NCBI GenBank assembly: GCA_046758365.1
Contig: JBHIAC010000069.1
Location: 1-16,644, forward strand
DNA from: a bacterium
GTDB taxonomy: Bacteria; Zhuqueibacterota; Zhuqueibacteria; Oceanimicrobiales; Oceanimicrobiaceae
Reading direction: 5' to 3'
Length of the DNA stretch: 16,644 nt
The position numbers and the translations under genes were made by a program. Positions 7,405 to 16,507 of this stretch are shown piece by piece; the first letter of the stretch is position 1, and every line of letters begins with the position of its first letter. The notes under the pieces were generated by a model, which was not told the origin of the DNA, ran no database searches, and worked only from the letters and a program-made list of their open reading frames with translations.

Positions 7405-7424
7405 GATTAGTTAATTTAGATATT

Positions 7425-7748
7425 TTACTTCGATTCTATCTCGTTCAGGGGTGTCTTCAAAACATCCTTTAGGAGTTTCCCGGCTTTAAAATGAGTTTTA
7501 CGACGAGCAGGGACGTAGATAATTTCACCAGTTTTGGGATTTCGGGCTTTCGGCTTAGGTTTAGTCGTTTTAACTTCAAATACACCAAAGTCGCGAATTT
7601 CAATTCTTACTTCAGGGGCTGCTTCTTCCATAAACTGCCTTAAAGAGGTAAAAACACCATCTACAATCTTTTCAGCCAAATAAATTTTTTCACCAGCTAA
7701 TTTAGCAGTTCTTTTCGCTACATCTTTTTTTGTAATTGTTCTTTTCAT
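7425..7748 (-). CDS. HU/IHF family DNA-binding protein
   Basis: TKKD, RIEIRDFGVFEV, ARNPKTGE, VPARR..HFKAGK.LK. Purine-rich SD (GAGGAGAGG) upstream. Confidence 0.93.
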   Translation of the reverse strand: MKRTITKKDVAKRTAKLAGEKIYLAEKIVDGVFTSLRQFMEEAAPEVRIEIRDFGVFEVKTTKPKPKARNPKTGEIIYVPARRKTHFKAGKLLKDVLKTPLNEIESK

Positions 7749-7817
7749 AGATTCCTCTCCTCTCTTTAAATTGTTTAATATAAATTTAAATCGAGATTTT
7801 ATTAACTTCCTCTTACA

Positions 7818-9983
7818 TCAATGTGTTACTGATTCACCGGTACCATTTAACCTTTCTACACTTATAACCCCTTGTACTTGACTGATCTTACTAATGACTC
7901 TTGTTAAGTGCTGTAAATTTCTTACCTCTAAAATAAAATTGCTATGAACTATGGTATCTTCGGCCTTCATTTCCACACTCACTATGTTCGTATCCGTTTG
8001 CGAGATGGATTCCGACACATCTCGGAGGAAATTCTTGCGATCCTCTCCTAACAAATTCAAACGAACCATAAAATGCTTATCTTTGTCTACGTCCCATTCT
8101 ACCTTTATGGTACGTTCGGGATTTTCAATTAAATTTAATATGTTTTTGCAGTCCGTTCTATGCACAACAATGCCACGACCTCTGGTAATGAAGCCTAAAA
8201 TATGATCTCCGGGAAGAGGCTGACAACATCGTCCAAAAGATATCATTAAATTATCAATCCCCTGTACCCGAACTCCTTTTACAGAACCGCGGGCTCTACT
8301 AATAAACTTTTTGAAAGGAGAAGTATCTTTAATTTCAATATTTTTTTCTGGTGCAATTCTATTAATTACCGTATGATAGGATGTGTCACCACGCCCAATT
8401 GAAGCGAAAAGTTGTTCAGAATTTTGAAAATTTAAACTTTGAGCAATCTCATCCAAATCTACGCTTTCTTTTTTAATATTATATCGCTTAAACTGTTTTG
8501 TAACAATTTCTTCACCAAGTTGTAAACTTTGCTCATAAAATGAATCTTTTATCCATCGTTTTATTTTGCTTCTTGCTTTGGAAGTCTTAACAAATTTAAT
8601 CCAATCTGGATTCGGTTTTTGATTTGGGGAAGTAATTATTTCAATTGAATCGCCACTTTTTAATTTATAATTTAACGGAACAATTCTACCATTTACCTTA
8701 GCCCCGATGCAGTGAAGACCAATATCGGTATGTACCGCAAAAGCAAAATCTACTGGAGTAGCATCGAGCGGAAGCTTGAACAAATCACCTTTTGGCGTAA
8801 AGACAAAGACTTCATCTTGGAAAAGATCAATGCGGAGATTTTCCATAAACTCAGAGGCATCTTTTATATCCTGCTGCCATTCAAGTACTTGTCGGAGCCA
8901 GATTAGATGTTTATCCAATTCATCTTCTTTGAGTTTTCCTTCCTTGTATCGCCAATGAGCCGCGATACCATCCTCGGCCGTTCTGTGCATTTCCTGAGTC
9001 CGAATCTGGATTTCTACCATTTTACCATCTGGTCCTATAACCGTAGTATGTAACGATTGATAAAAATTGGATTTAGGGGTGGCAATGTAATCCTTAAATC
9101 GTTCATGAACAGGAGTATAAAGATTATGGACGATTCCAAGAACAAAATAACATTCCTCAACTTTTTGAATAATTATTCGAATAGCTAATAGATCATAGAT
9201 TTGTTCAAATGGTAACTGCCTCTTTTGCATTTTTCCGTAAATACTATAAAAATGCTTAGGCCTACCAGTAATTTTTGCTTTGATATTTGCTTTACGAAGT
9301 TCTTTACGGATAGGATAAACCACTCTTCTAATATAACGCTCTCGTTCTACTCTTTTATTGGCGATTTTTTCAACCAACTTCCAGTAGGCCTTTGGCTCTA
9401 ACGATTTTAAAGCAAGGTCCTCGAGTTCCCATTTAATTCTCGCAATGCCAAGTCTATGAGCTAATGGTACATATACATCTCGAGTTTCGATGGCAATACG
9501 TTCCTGCTTTTTTCGGGGTAAAAACTCAATCGTTCTCATATTATGCAAACGATCAGCAAATTTAATTAATATCACACGAATGTCTTTCACCATGGAAAGA
9601 ATCATTTTACGGAAATTTTCTGCCTGTCGCTCTTCTAAACTATCAAATCGAAGTTCGCTAATTTTAGTTACACCATCCACTAATAGAGCAACGTCATGGC
9701 CAAATATTTCTTCCACCTCTTCAATTGAGACCCCAGTATCTTCAGCCACATCGTGAAGCAGCCCACCAGCAATGGTGGTGGAATCCATTTTTAATTCAGC
9801 AAGAATTTTCGCTACTTCAAGGCAATGGGCAAAATAAGGTTCACCAGAGTTTCGAAGCTGATCTTTGTGAGCCTCATAACTAAAATCGAAAGCTTTGTGC
9901 AACATCCTCGTATCAGCCTTAGGACTATATCGCCTCAGCCTTCTCAAAAGCTCGTCAAATGATTTTCTAAATCCATTTTCCAT
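7818..9983 (-). CDS. rel: Long RelA/SpoT homologue, bifunctional (p)ppGpp synthetase/hydrolase (Rel type)
   Basis: Intact hydrolase motifs (H..Q.R.SGEPY..H, LLHDVAEDT, ADRLHNMRT); synthetase motifs (RFKDY, YQSLHT, EIQIRT); TGS domain (VFTPKG, DFAFAVHT); CC..H...C zinc finger; C-terminal ACT domain. Confidence 0.97.
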   Translation of the reverse strand: MENGFRKSFDELLRRLRRYSPKADTRMLHKAFDFSYEAHKDQLRNSGEPYFAHCLEVAKILAELKMDSTTIAGGLLHDVAEDTGVSIEEVEEIFGHDVALLVDGVTKISELRFDSLEERQAENFRKMILSMVKDIRVILIKFADRLHNMRTIEFLPRKKQERIAIETRDVYVPLAHRLGIARIKWELEDLALKSLEPKAYWKLVEKIANKRVERERYIRRVVYPIRKELRKANIKAKITGRPKHFYSIYGKMQKRQLPFEQIYDLLAIRIIIQKVEECYFVLGIVHNLYTPVHERFKDYIATPKSNFYQSLHTTVIGPDGKMVEIQIRTQEMHRTAEDGIAAHWRYKEGKLKEDELDKHLIWLRQVLEWQQDIKDASEFMENLRIDLFQDEVFVFTPKGDLFKLPLDATPVDFAFAVHTDIGLHCIGAKVNGRIVPLNYKLKSGDSIEIITSPNQKPNPDWIKFVKTSKARSKIKRWIKDSFYEQSLQLGEEIVTKQFKRYNIKKESVDLDEIAQSLNFQNSEQLFASIGRGDTSYHTVINRIAPEKNIEIKDTSPFKKFISRARGSVKGVRVQGIDNLMISFGRCCQPLPGDHILGFITRGRGIVVHRTDCKNILNLIENPERTIKVEWDVDKDKHFMVRLNLLGEDRKNFLRDVSESISQTDTNIVSVEMKAEDTIVHSNFILEVRNLQHLTRVISKISQVQGVISVERLNGTGESVTH

Positions 9984-9986
9984 GTT

Positions 9987-11369
9987 TTAAAAGGACTCAT
10001 CAACAACGGGATATGTTTCTTCTCGATACTCTTCTAAATTAGTAAACAAGACGTAATCTTTTAGAAATTTCAAAAGGACATCCCCTGTTGGTCCATTTCG
10101 TTGTTTACGAATTAGAATCTCTGTGATCCCTTCATGTTCGGTACGGCCATAGAGTTCAGGGCGATAAATAAATATCACAACATCAGCATCCTGTTCAATG
10201 GCTCCGGATTCTCTGAGATCAGACAAAATTGGGCGTCTATCTCCACCTCTAGACTCAACAGCACGAGACAACTGGGAAAGCGCTACCACTGGGACATTTA
10301 GTTCTTTTGCTAAGGCTTTCAGAGACTGAGATATCATGGAGATTTCAATTTGCCGGCTTTCAGCATTTTTAGGGCCTTTGACTAATTGTAAATAATCAAT
10401 AATCAAAAGCCCAATGTCTTTTTCGACTTTAAGACGTCTCGCCTTTGCACGGATCTCTAATATATTAGGAGCTGGTGTATCATCAATATAAATAGGTGCC
10501 TCCGCCAATCTTCCAACACTCATACTTAACTTCTGCCATTCCTCGTCGGGTAGCTTACCAGTTCTGAGTTTATGGGAATCTACACGAGACTCGCTGCAAA
10601 GCATTCGCATGGCTAATTGATAACTTGCCATTTCTATACTAAATATTCCTACTGGGACATGATAATCCACCGCTGCATTTCTGGCAAAATTTAAACAAAA
10701 GGCTGTTTTTCCCATAGAAGGTCTGCCCGCAACAATGATGAGATCAGAGTTCTGAAATCCCGAAGTCAAATCATCCAATTTTGTAAATCCAGTGGGTACT
10801 CCAGTAACATTTCCTTTCCTTTGATGATAACTTTCGATTGTTTCAAATGTTTCATTAAGAATAGGTTGAATCGGCAGAAAACCTTTTCGTAATTTTCGCT
10901 CCGAAAGGGTGAATATCTTTTGTTCTGCCGCATCAATGAGATCCATAGCGTCTTCCCGAGCCTCGTATGCCTCGGAGGTTATCTCGGTTGAGATATTAAT
11001 TAATCTTCTTAAAAGAGATTTCTCTAAGACAATCTTTGCATAATATTCAACACTCGCCGCTGAAGGAACTCGATTAACCAGCTCCGTTAAATAGTAAGCG
11101 CCTCCCACCTCTTCCAAAGCTTTCATTTTCTCCAATTGATCAGAAATAGTCAATAAGTCTACCTTTTTTTGCTCTTCAAAAAGTCTTACAGCCGCTTGAA
11201 ATATTTTTTGATGGGCGGTGCGATAAAAAGCTGAATCATCTAAAATCTCAATAGCTTTGGTAACTGCATCGTTCTCAATAAGCATAGAGCCCAGCACAGC
11301 TATTTCAGCATCAATAGCCTGGGGTGGCATTCTTTCGGTGGTTGAATTTTTGTCCGCTGACTTTTCCAT
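9987..11369 (-). CDS. dnaB: Replicative DNA helicase (no intein)
   Basis: PPQA..AE.AVLG, Walker A GRPSMGKT, IIDYLQL, LSQLSR, DLRESGAIEQDAD and KQRNGPTG. Start overlaps the udg stop (TAATG). Confidence 0.98.
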   Translation of the reverse strand: MEKSADKNSTTERMPPQAIDAEIAVLGSMLIENDAVTKAIEILDDSAFYRTAHQKIFQAAVRLFEEQKKVDLLTISDQLEKMKALEEVGGAYYLTELVNRVPSAASVEYYAKIVLEKSLLRRLINISTEITSEAYEAREDAMDLIDAAEQKIFTLSERKLRKGFLPIQPILNETFETIESYHQRKGNVTGVPTGFTKLDDLTSGFQNSDLIIVAGRPSMGKTAFCLNFARNAAVDYHVPVGIFSIEMASYQLAMRMLCSESRVDSHKLRTGKLPDEEWQKLSMSVGRLAEAPIYIDDTPAPNILEIRAKARRLKVEKDIGLLIIDYLQLVKGPKNAESRQIEISMISQSLKALAKELNVPVVALSQLSRAVESRGGDRRPILSDLRESGAIEQDADVVIFIYRPELYGRTEHEGITEILIRKQRNGPTGDVLLKFLKDYVLFTNLEEYREETYPVVDESF

Positions 11370-12085
11370 TATCTCGATTTGTTTTGAGTCCCATCAAATG
11401 GTGGTTTATCACCAACCACTTCATCATAAAGATTTCTTAGCCTCTGCACATCCTCCCAGGCGCCTCGCTTCCATTGAGGATTTCTAAGTAGGGCCGCAGG
11501 ATGATATGTTACAATTACTTTAATGCCTTCTATCTGATGAATCAAATTTCTAAGACTTCCTAAAGATTCATGCGTATTTAATAAATTTTGGGCCGCTACT
11601 CGGCCCAACGCAAGAATAACTTTTGGCTTTATCATTGCAATCTGGCTTTTCAAATACGGAAAACATTGTGCAATTTCCTCGGCTTCAGGATCACGATTTC
11701 CCGACGGATGGCATTTTACAATATTTGCAATATACACTTCTTCACGCTGAAAACCAATGGCAGCTAAAATGCGATTGAGGAGATGGCCGGCTGAACCCAC
11801 AAAAGGCTCCCCTTGTCGATCTTCGTCATAACCCGGTGCTTCTCCTATACACATTAATTCTGCCTTAGGATTTCCGGTGCCAAAGACAAATTTAGTGCGA
11901 CTTTTTGATAGTTTACATTTTTGGCAATTTTTAATTTGTTGATAAAATTCTTCTAATTTTTGAGCCTCTTTTGTATCTGGTGGAAATTTATTTTCTACCT
12001 CTAAATAGAAATCCCTTCCATACAATTCAGCTTGTTGAATAAAGTATTTCTCTGTCAAATTTGAGATATCTGAATTATTGTTCAT
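11369..12085 (-). CDS. udg: Uracil-DNA glycosylase family 4 (Fe-S type)
   Basis: CxxC (CQKC), GEAPG..E, PFVG.AG, N.VKC.P..NR.P, a fourth Cys (QCFP) and TYHPAA. Confidence 0.93.
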   Translation of the reverse strand: MNNNSDISNLTEKYFIQQAELYGRDFYLEVENKFPPDTKEAQKLEEFYQQIKNCQKCKLSKSRTKFVFGTGNPKAELMCIGEAPGYDEDRQGEPFVGSAGHLLNRILAAIGFQREEVYIANIVKCHPSGNRDPEAEEIAQCFPYLKSQIAMIKPKVILALGRVAAQNLLNTHESLGSLRNLIHQIEGIKVIVTYHPAALLRNPQWKRGAWEDVQRLRNLYDEVVGDKPPFDGTQNKSR

Positions 12086-12102
12086 CTTTCAATTCTTAGG
12101 CC

Positions 12103-13332
12103 CTAAACAGCAGCAGCCTTGGTAAAGTCACTCTGTCTAATCTCACATACTTTATCTAATATTAATCGAGCCACTTCATATTTGGGTAATTTAGGGAATT
12201 TTTCTACTTGTCCATCTTTGGTTATAAAAGTTACTTTGTTCGTATTCCAAGAAAATGCCGATTCGGATTCTAAAGGATTGTTTAATACTATCAAATCCAA
12301 ATTTTTCAAGTGCAACTTTTTTGAGGCATTGGTTATTTCATTATCAGTTTCTAAAGCAAAGCCTACGTGTATCCGGTCTTGTTTCTTTTTACCCAAAACG
12401 GCGAGAATATCTGAGGTTTTTTGCAATTGCAAATTAATTTCAGAAGTGGACTTTTTTAACTTTTTTTCAAAAACTTGTTTTGGTTTGTAATCTAATACCG
12501 CCGCCGCCATAAGAAGGATGTCTATATTCTGGTATTCATTTTCAACCGCATGACGCATTTCCTCAACGGTTGATACTTCTAAATATTCGACTCCTTCCGG
12601 TTTTTCTAATTGATTAGGTCCACTAATTAAAACTACCTCAGCGCCTTTCAATTTGGCGACTTCTGCAAGAGTAAACCCCATTTTCCCAGAGGAATAATTT
12701 GTGATACATCTAACAGGATCAATAGGTTCTCGCGTAGGACCTGCTGTAACCAGAACTTTTTGTCCTTTTAGCTCCTCAGTACCAAAAAGGGTATATTTTA
12801 TTTTTTGAATTATATGTGGAATTGAAGCCAAACGCCCCCAACCTTCACCTTCAGATTGGGTGGCTAAAGGGCCCCATTCTGGTTCCACAAATTCATATCC
12901 GTTACTTTTTAATTTATTAACCTTTTCCTGAACTGCAAAATTTTGCCACATAACCGAATTCATAGCTGGACAAAAAATTACAGTTGCCCTGGTAGCCATA
13001 ATCGTAGTTGAAAGCACATCGTCGGCCAAACCGGAGGCCACTTTACCTAAAATATTTGCTGTCGCCGGACAGATGACCAAAACATCACACCATCGAGCCA
13101 AATCGATATGAACGACCCCGAATTCTTGGTTTTGTTCAAAAAGAGAAAGCAATACTGGATATTCAGAAAGAGTGGCAAAAGTAAGAGGCGTTACAAATCT
13201 TTGGGCCGCCTCTGTCATTACAACTCGTACCTCGGCTCCTGACTTCTTAAGCTCTCTCACTAATTCACAGGCTTTATAGGCTGCAATTCCACCTGTGATT
13301 CCGATGGCAATTTTTTTTGATTCAAATTCCAT
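12103..13332 (-). CDS. coaBC: Bifunctional phosphopantothenoylcysteine decarboxylase/synthetase
   Basis: TGGIAAYK, HIDL, PATAN and PAMN (CoaC); TAGPT.E.IDPVR.ITN.SSGKMG, AAAV.D and VGFALET (CoaB). Confidence 0.97.
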   Translation of the reverse strand: MEFESKKIAIGITGGIAAYKACELVRELKKSGAEVRVVMTEAAQRFVTPLTFATLSEYPVLLSLFEQNQEFGVVHIDLARWCDVLVICPATANILGKVASGLADDVLSTTIMATRATVIFCPAMNSVMWQNFAVQEKVNKLKSNGYEFVEPEWGPLATQSEGEGWGRLASIPHIIQKIKYTLFGTEELKGQKVLVTAGPTREPIDPVRCITNYSSGKMGFTLAEVAKLKGAEVVLISGPNQLEKPEGVEYLEVSTVEEMRHAVENEYQNIDILLMAAAVLDYKPKQVFEKKLKKSTSEINLQLQKTSDILAVLGKKKQDRIHVGFALETDNEITNASKKLHLKNLDLIVLNNPLESESAFSWNTNKVTFITKDGQVEKFPKLPKYEVARLILDKVCEIRQSDFTKAAAV

Positions 13333-13344
13333 GATAAAGCCGTT

Positions 13345-13647
13345 TTATGAAGTCTCCTCCTTTTCCTCTGAAGTGTCCTGATAATCGTATCGAATTTTAC
13401 CAGCAAGAAATTCTTCTAATGCAATGGTGGTTGGTTTTGGTAAATTTATATGCTTTACCTCCTTAACTTTTCGATTTGATTCCTCTTCTTCTTCTTCTTC
13501 AAAATCTTCATCATATTCCATATCATGATGAAATAATAGTTTTTGTTCGTCATTGATTTGGCGTGCTCGTTTTGCAAGAATAATAATTGCCTCATAAACA
13601 TTGTTAGCATATTTTTCTAATTCTTTAATAGGTAAAGTTTTGATCAT
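13345..13647 (-). CDS. rpoZ: RNA polymerase omega subunit with an acidic insert
   Basis: N.YEA....AKRARQI and KPT.IAL.E...GKI motifs; position between gmk and coaBC; strong SD AGGAGGT. Confidence 0.85.
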   Translation of the reverse strand: MIKTLPIKELEKYANNVYEAIIILAKRARQINDEQKLLFHHDMEYDEDFEEEEEEESNRKVKEVKHINLPKPTTIALEEFLAGKIRYDYQDTSEEKEETS

Positions 13648-13663
13648 AGAATGAACCTCCTCT

Positions 13664-14239
13664 TTAATGTTTAATTTGATGGAGTCTTACAATATCTAAC
13701 ACATCTTGTACTGTTTGATCTAATTTTTCATTCACTATTTGATAATCATAAAATTCTGCTTTTCTCATGTCTTCAGGATATCTTTCAAGACGCTTGTCAA
13801 TTTGAGCTTGGCTTTCGGTCTTTCTCGCTTTTAAGCGTTGGATTAAACTTTGAAAAGAAGGAGGTTTGATAAATATTAACTGCGAAGAATCGCCGTACTT
13901 TTTTTTTATTTCCAGCCCTCCTTCAACATCCAAATCTAAAAAGACTATTTTCCCTTCATCTAACCATTTATCTAACTGGGCCTTAGGTGTAGCGTAGTAA
14001 TTTCCATGAACTTTGGCCCATTCAACAAATTCTCCTCCTTTTTGTTTCTGCATAAAGGTATCGCAGTCCATAAAATAATAATCCTGACCGTTTACCTCAC
14101 TATGTCTTCGAGGACGTGTGGTCGCAGAAATAGAATATCTAAAATTTCCATTCCCTGATTCAAGTACCTTCCGAATGATCGTTGTTTTCCCACCCCCTGA
14201 GGGAGAGGAGATAACAACCAGAAAGCCCCTCTTATGCAT
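13664..14239 (-). CDS. gmk: Guanylate kinase
   Basis: SSPSGGGKTT P-loop, S.SATTRPRR..E.NG.DYYF, EWA.VHGNYY and FIKPPS. Confidence 0.97.
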   Translation of the reverse strand: MHKRGFLVVISSPSGGGKTTIIRKVLESGNGNFRYSISATTRPRRHSEVNGQDYYFMDCDTFMQKQKGGEFVEWAKVHGNYYATPKAQLDKWLDEGKIVFLDLDVEGGLEIKKKYGDSSQLIFIKPPSFQSLIQRLKARKTESQAQIDKRLERYPEDMRKAEFYDYQIVNEKLDQTVQDVLDIVRLHQIKH

Positions 14240-14248
14240 AATAGAAGT

Positions 14249-15127
14249 TTACTCGATATTTTGAATTTGCTCCCGCAATTTTTCTACTTCCTCTTTAACC
14301 TCAACCACCCAATGGGCAATTTGAGCTTCATTTGCTTTTGCCCCAATGGTGTTAACTTCGCGATACATCTCCTGCAATAAAAAATTTAATTTTCGTCCTT
14401 CGGATTCCCCATTTTCTAATAATTCCAAAAAAAGTGTATTATGGCTTTTGAAGCGAATACACTCCTCGGTTACATCTACTTTATCCGCTAAAAGAGCTAT
14501 TTCCATCTCCAAGCGATGTTCATCGATGGACTCCAATTCTGAAATGACCTTTATCCTTTCTTTAAGTTTTTCGAACTCTTCTCTTATTCTACATTTTGAT
14601 CTGTTTTCTATTTTATTTATGATGGAACCGATTGTTTTTACCCTCGCCTCTAAATCTTTCTTTATCTCCAAACCCTCTCTAAGACGCATCTCTCTTAAGT
14701 CGGTTAATGCCAGTTCCAAAGCTTTTTTCACTGGTACCCATATATCTTCATCTATGTTTTTTGAATCTTCATAGATCATGATATCAGGGAAATGGAATAA
14801 ATGTTCCAGAGTTATCGAGCCACCGAGGCCTAGTTCCTTCTTTAATGCCCTTAATACTTTTAAATAATTTTCAGCTAATGGCTTGTCAATTGTGAGACCT
14901 ATGGCCTTCTCTTTTTCACCTTTGAGAGTTATGTTAGCATTTACTCGTCCTCTAGAAAGTTGAGAACGAATAATTTCTTGGATGTCTGTTTCAAAATTAG
15001 TAAGATTTTTAGGACCCCGAATTTCTACATCTAAAAAACGATGATTCAAAGATCTAATTTCTACTAAAACCTCTATACCATTTTCCTTTACTTCACCCCG
15101 CCCAAAACCCGTCATACTGGCAATCAT
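14249..15127 (-). CDS. yicC: YicC/YloC family endoribonuclease
   Basis: SMTGFGR, EIRSLNHRFLD, RGRV, D..EE..R..SH, GRKLNFLLQEM.RE.NTIGAK and C-terminal EKLREQIQNIE. Confidence 0.96.
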   Translation of the reverse strand: MIASMTGFGRGEVKENGIEVLVEIRSLNHRFLDVEIRGPKNLTNFETDIQEIIRSQLSRGRVNANITLKGEKEKAIGLTIDKPLAENYLKVLRALKKELGLGGSITLEHLFHFPDIMIYEDSKNIDEDIWVPVKKALELALTDLREMRLREGLEIKKDLEARVKTIGSIINKIENRSKCRIREEFEKLKERIKVISELESIDEHRLEMEIALLADKVDVTEECIRFKSHNTLFLELLENGESEGRKLNFLLQEMYREVNTIGAKANEAQIAHWVVEVKEEVEKLREQIQNIE

Positions 15128-15200
15128 CGTTGCTGGTCACACTCCTTAATAACGACTATTCCAACTACAAATCTGTAAAAATAGAAATTTGAAACATATT

Positions 15201-15236
15201 TTAAGTTACAATATACAATTAACTTACATTATACAA
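15201..15236. repeat. Tandem 18-bp direct repeat (16/18 identical) over the yicC -10 box and start site
   Basis: ttaagttacaatatacaa (15201-15218) followed by ttaacttacattatacaa (15219-15236). Confidence 0.65.
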
Positions 15237-15256
15237 CAATTTTTTAAAATAGTCAA
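15228..15256 (-). promoter_or_regulatory. Near-consensus sigma70 promoter for the yicC-gmk-rpoZ operon
   Basis: Minus strand TTGACT (15256-15251), 17-bp spacer, TATAAT (15233-15228), with A/T tracts immediately upstream (UP-element-like). Confidence 0.8.
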
Positions 15257-15366
15257 TTAAAAAATTACTTTTTTAAGGTTCAGTCATTTTTCAAAAACTT
15301 TACCGTTTTAAAGAGTAAATAGACAAGCCTATGAAATATAACATTGCTGAATTGAGTAACGCATAA

Positions 15367-16401
15367 TCATTTTCGCTGAAACTTTGGCTCTTCGAGGGTT
15401 AATCGAGCGGAAATTCTGTGAGTACTACCGAGATCTTTATGTCCCAAAAAGGCGTAATCTATATGTAACTTTGGAAAACGCAGCCCTACCCCGGCCGTAA
15501 ATTGTGCAACTTCTGAACTCCCAATCCGTAAGGCAAAGACGTTTCGATACTGATATTCCCATCCTAAATTCACATCAAAACTGGTGAAGCCTAAATTAGC
15601 TTTGGCTGATTGACGTCGATTTTCAAATCTAAATATAAAATCCATAGCAGGCTGTATATGCCCTCCCAGGAAAGAGAGCGTGAGGGGATAGGTAAAACCA
15701 GTCCGTAAGGATGGAGTTATCAACTCCCGACGACCTGTATCCCAGGCTACCATCGTGGAAGTAATATCTTGAAGATTGATACCTATGAGTAAATTTGAAA
15801 AGGGATTAATCAGAAAACCAATATCAAAACCAACACCCCAAGCAGAGTTATCTCCAACCGTTCGATTAATTAGTTTTACATTGCCACCATAAGAAAAGCT
15901 ACCAGAAATTCTTTTTGAATAGGTAAGAAACAGGGCGTAATCGGCACTTGAAAAAAAGCCCTCCACAAAGGGTGTATTTCTTACCAATTGGCCATTTTCA
16001 TCAATGTAGGTTTCCCCTACACCAACTTCTGGATTCGGTAACGCTGTTTGTTTTATATTGTCAATTCCTACTCGGAGCAAGCTTAATCCCAAACTGCTTG
16101 ATTTACCCACAGGAAGCCCAAAACTTCCATAGTCGTAATTCACTACACCAGAAAACTGGCTCGAATGCATAAGCATAATCTCTGGATAGTCAAGAAAAGC
16201 TAAGCCTGCAGGATTCCAGTAGCCAGCGGTAACGTCACGGGTTACAGCTACGAAAGCCCCACCCATACCCAATGATCGCCCTCCTACGCCCAGGTTTAAA
16301 AATTCTCCAGCGTATTTAGCCGTAGTAAAGCCACCGGCGATTGCATTTCCGATTAAAAATAATATTGTTAGAACATTAGCGATAAATCTAAATCCTCGCA
16401 T
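15367..16401 (-). CDS. PorV/PorQ (UPF0164)-like outer-membrane beta-barrel protein
   Basis: Signal peptide ending AIA-G; KYAGEFL.LGVGGRSLGMGGAFVA...D.TA.YWNPAGL; G.GFDIG, G.NLQD and IDYAF....DLG.THRIS. SD GAGGT upstream. Confidence 0.85.
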   Translation of the reverse strand: MRGFRFIANVLTILFLIGNAIAGGFTTAKYAGEFLNLGVGGRSLGMGGAFVAVTRDVTAGYWNPAGLAFLDYPEIMLMHSSQFSGVVNYDYGSFGLPVGKSSSLGLSLLRVGIDNIKQTALPNPEVGVGETYIDENGQLVRNTPFVEGFFSSADYALFLTYSKRISGSFSYGGNVKLINRTVGDNSAWGVGFDIGFLINPFSNLLIGINLQDITSTMVAWDTGRRELITPSLRTGFTYPLTLSFLGGHIQPAMDFIFRFENRRQSAKANLGFTSFDVNLGWEYQYRNVFALRIGSSEVAQFTAGVGLRFPKLHIDYAFLGHKDLGSTHRISARLTLEEPKFQRK

Positions 16402-16471
16402 GACTCTTACCTCACCATTACTAAAAATGACAGCTAAAAACCTAAAGTTGAAAAGAACATTGGATAGATCC

Positions 16472-16507
16472 CATAGGATACTTATTCAACAGGATAAGTA
16501 TCCTATG
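16472..16507. repeat. Perfect 14-bp inverted repeat (hairpin or operator) between 11-bp direct repeats
   Basis: CATAGGATACTTAT (16472-16485), loop TCAACAGG, ATAAGTATCCTATG (16494-16507). TAAAGTTGAAA occurs at 16443-16453 and 16512-16522. Confidence 0.8.

Noticed and set aside
7775..7790. AT-only inverted repeats upstream of HU (about 7765-7790) and upstream of the yicC -35 (15257-15276)
   Set aside because: Arms are purely A/T in AT-rich intergenic DNA; chance or UP-element tracts are sufficient explanations.
9987..11369. Possible intein in DnaB
   Set aside because: Length is 460 aa with contiguous motifs; no insertion.
11705..11720. UDG motif reads KCHP rather than the usual KCRP
   Set aside because: Single substitution with catalytic and Fe-S motifs intact; not enough to infer changed function.
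977..16172. Plus-strand ORFs in the track (977-1417, 4428-4634, 5476-5703, 7951-8205, 8712-8906, 8776-8958, 9490-9756, 11257-11487, 12119-12490, 12255-12437, 14346-14774, 15948-16172)
   Set aside because: All lie antisense within well-supported genes and show no recognisable motifs; treated as shadow ORFs.
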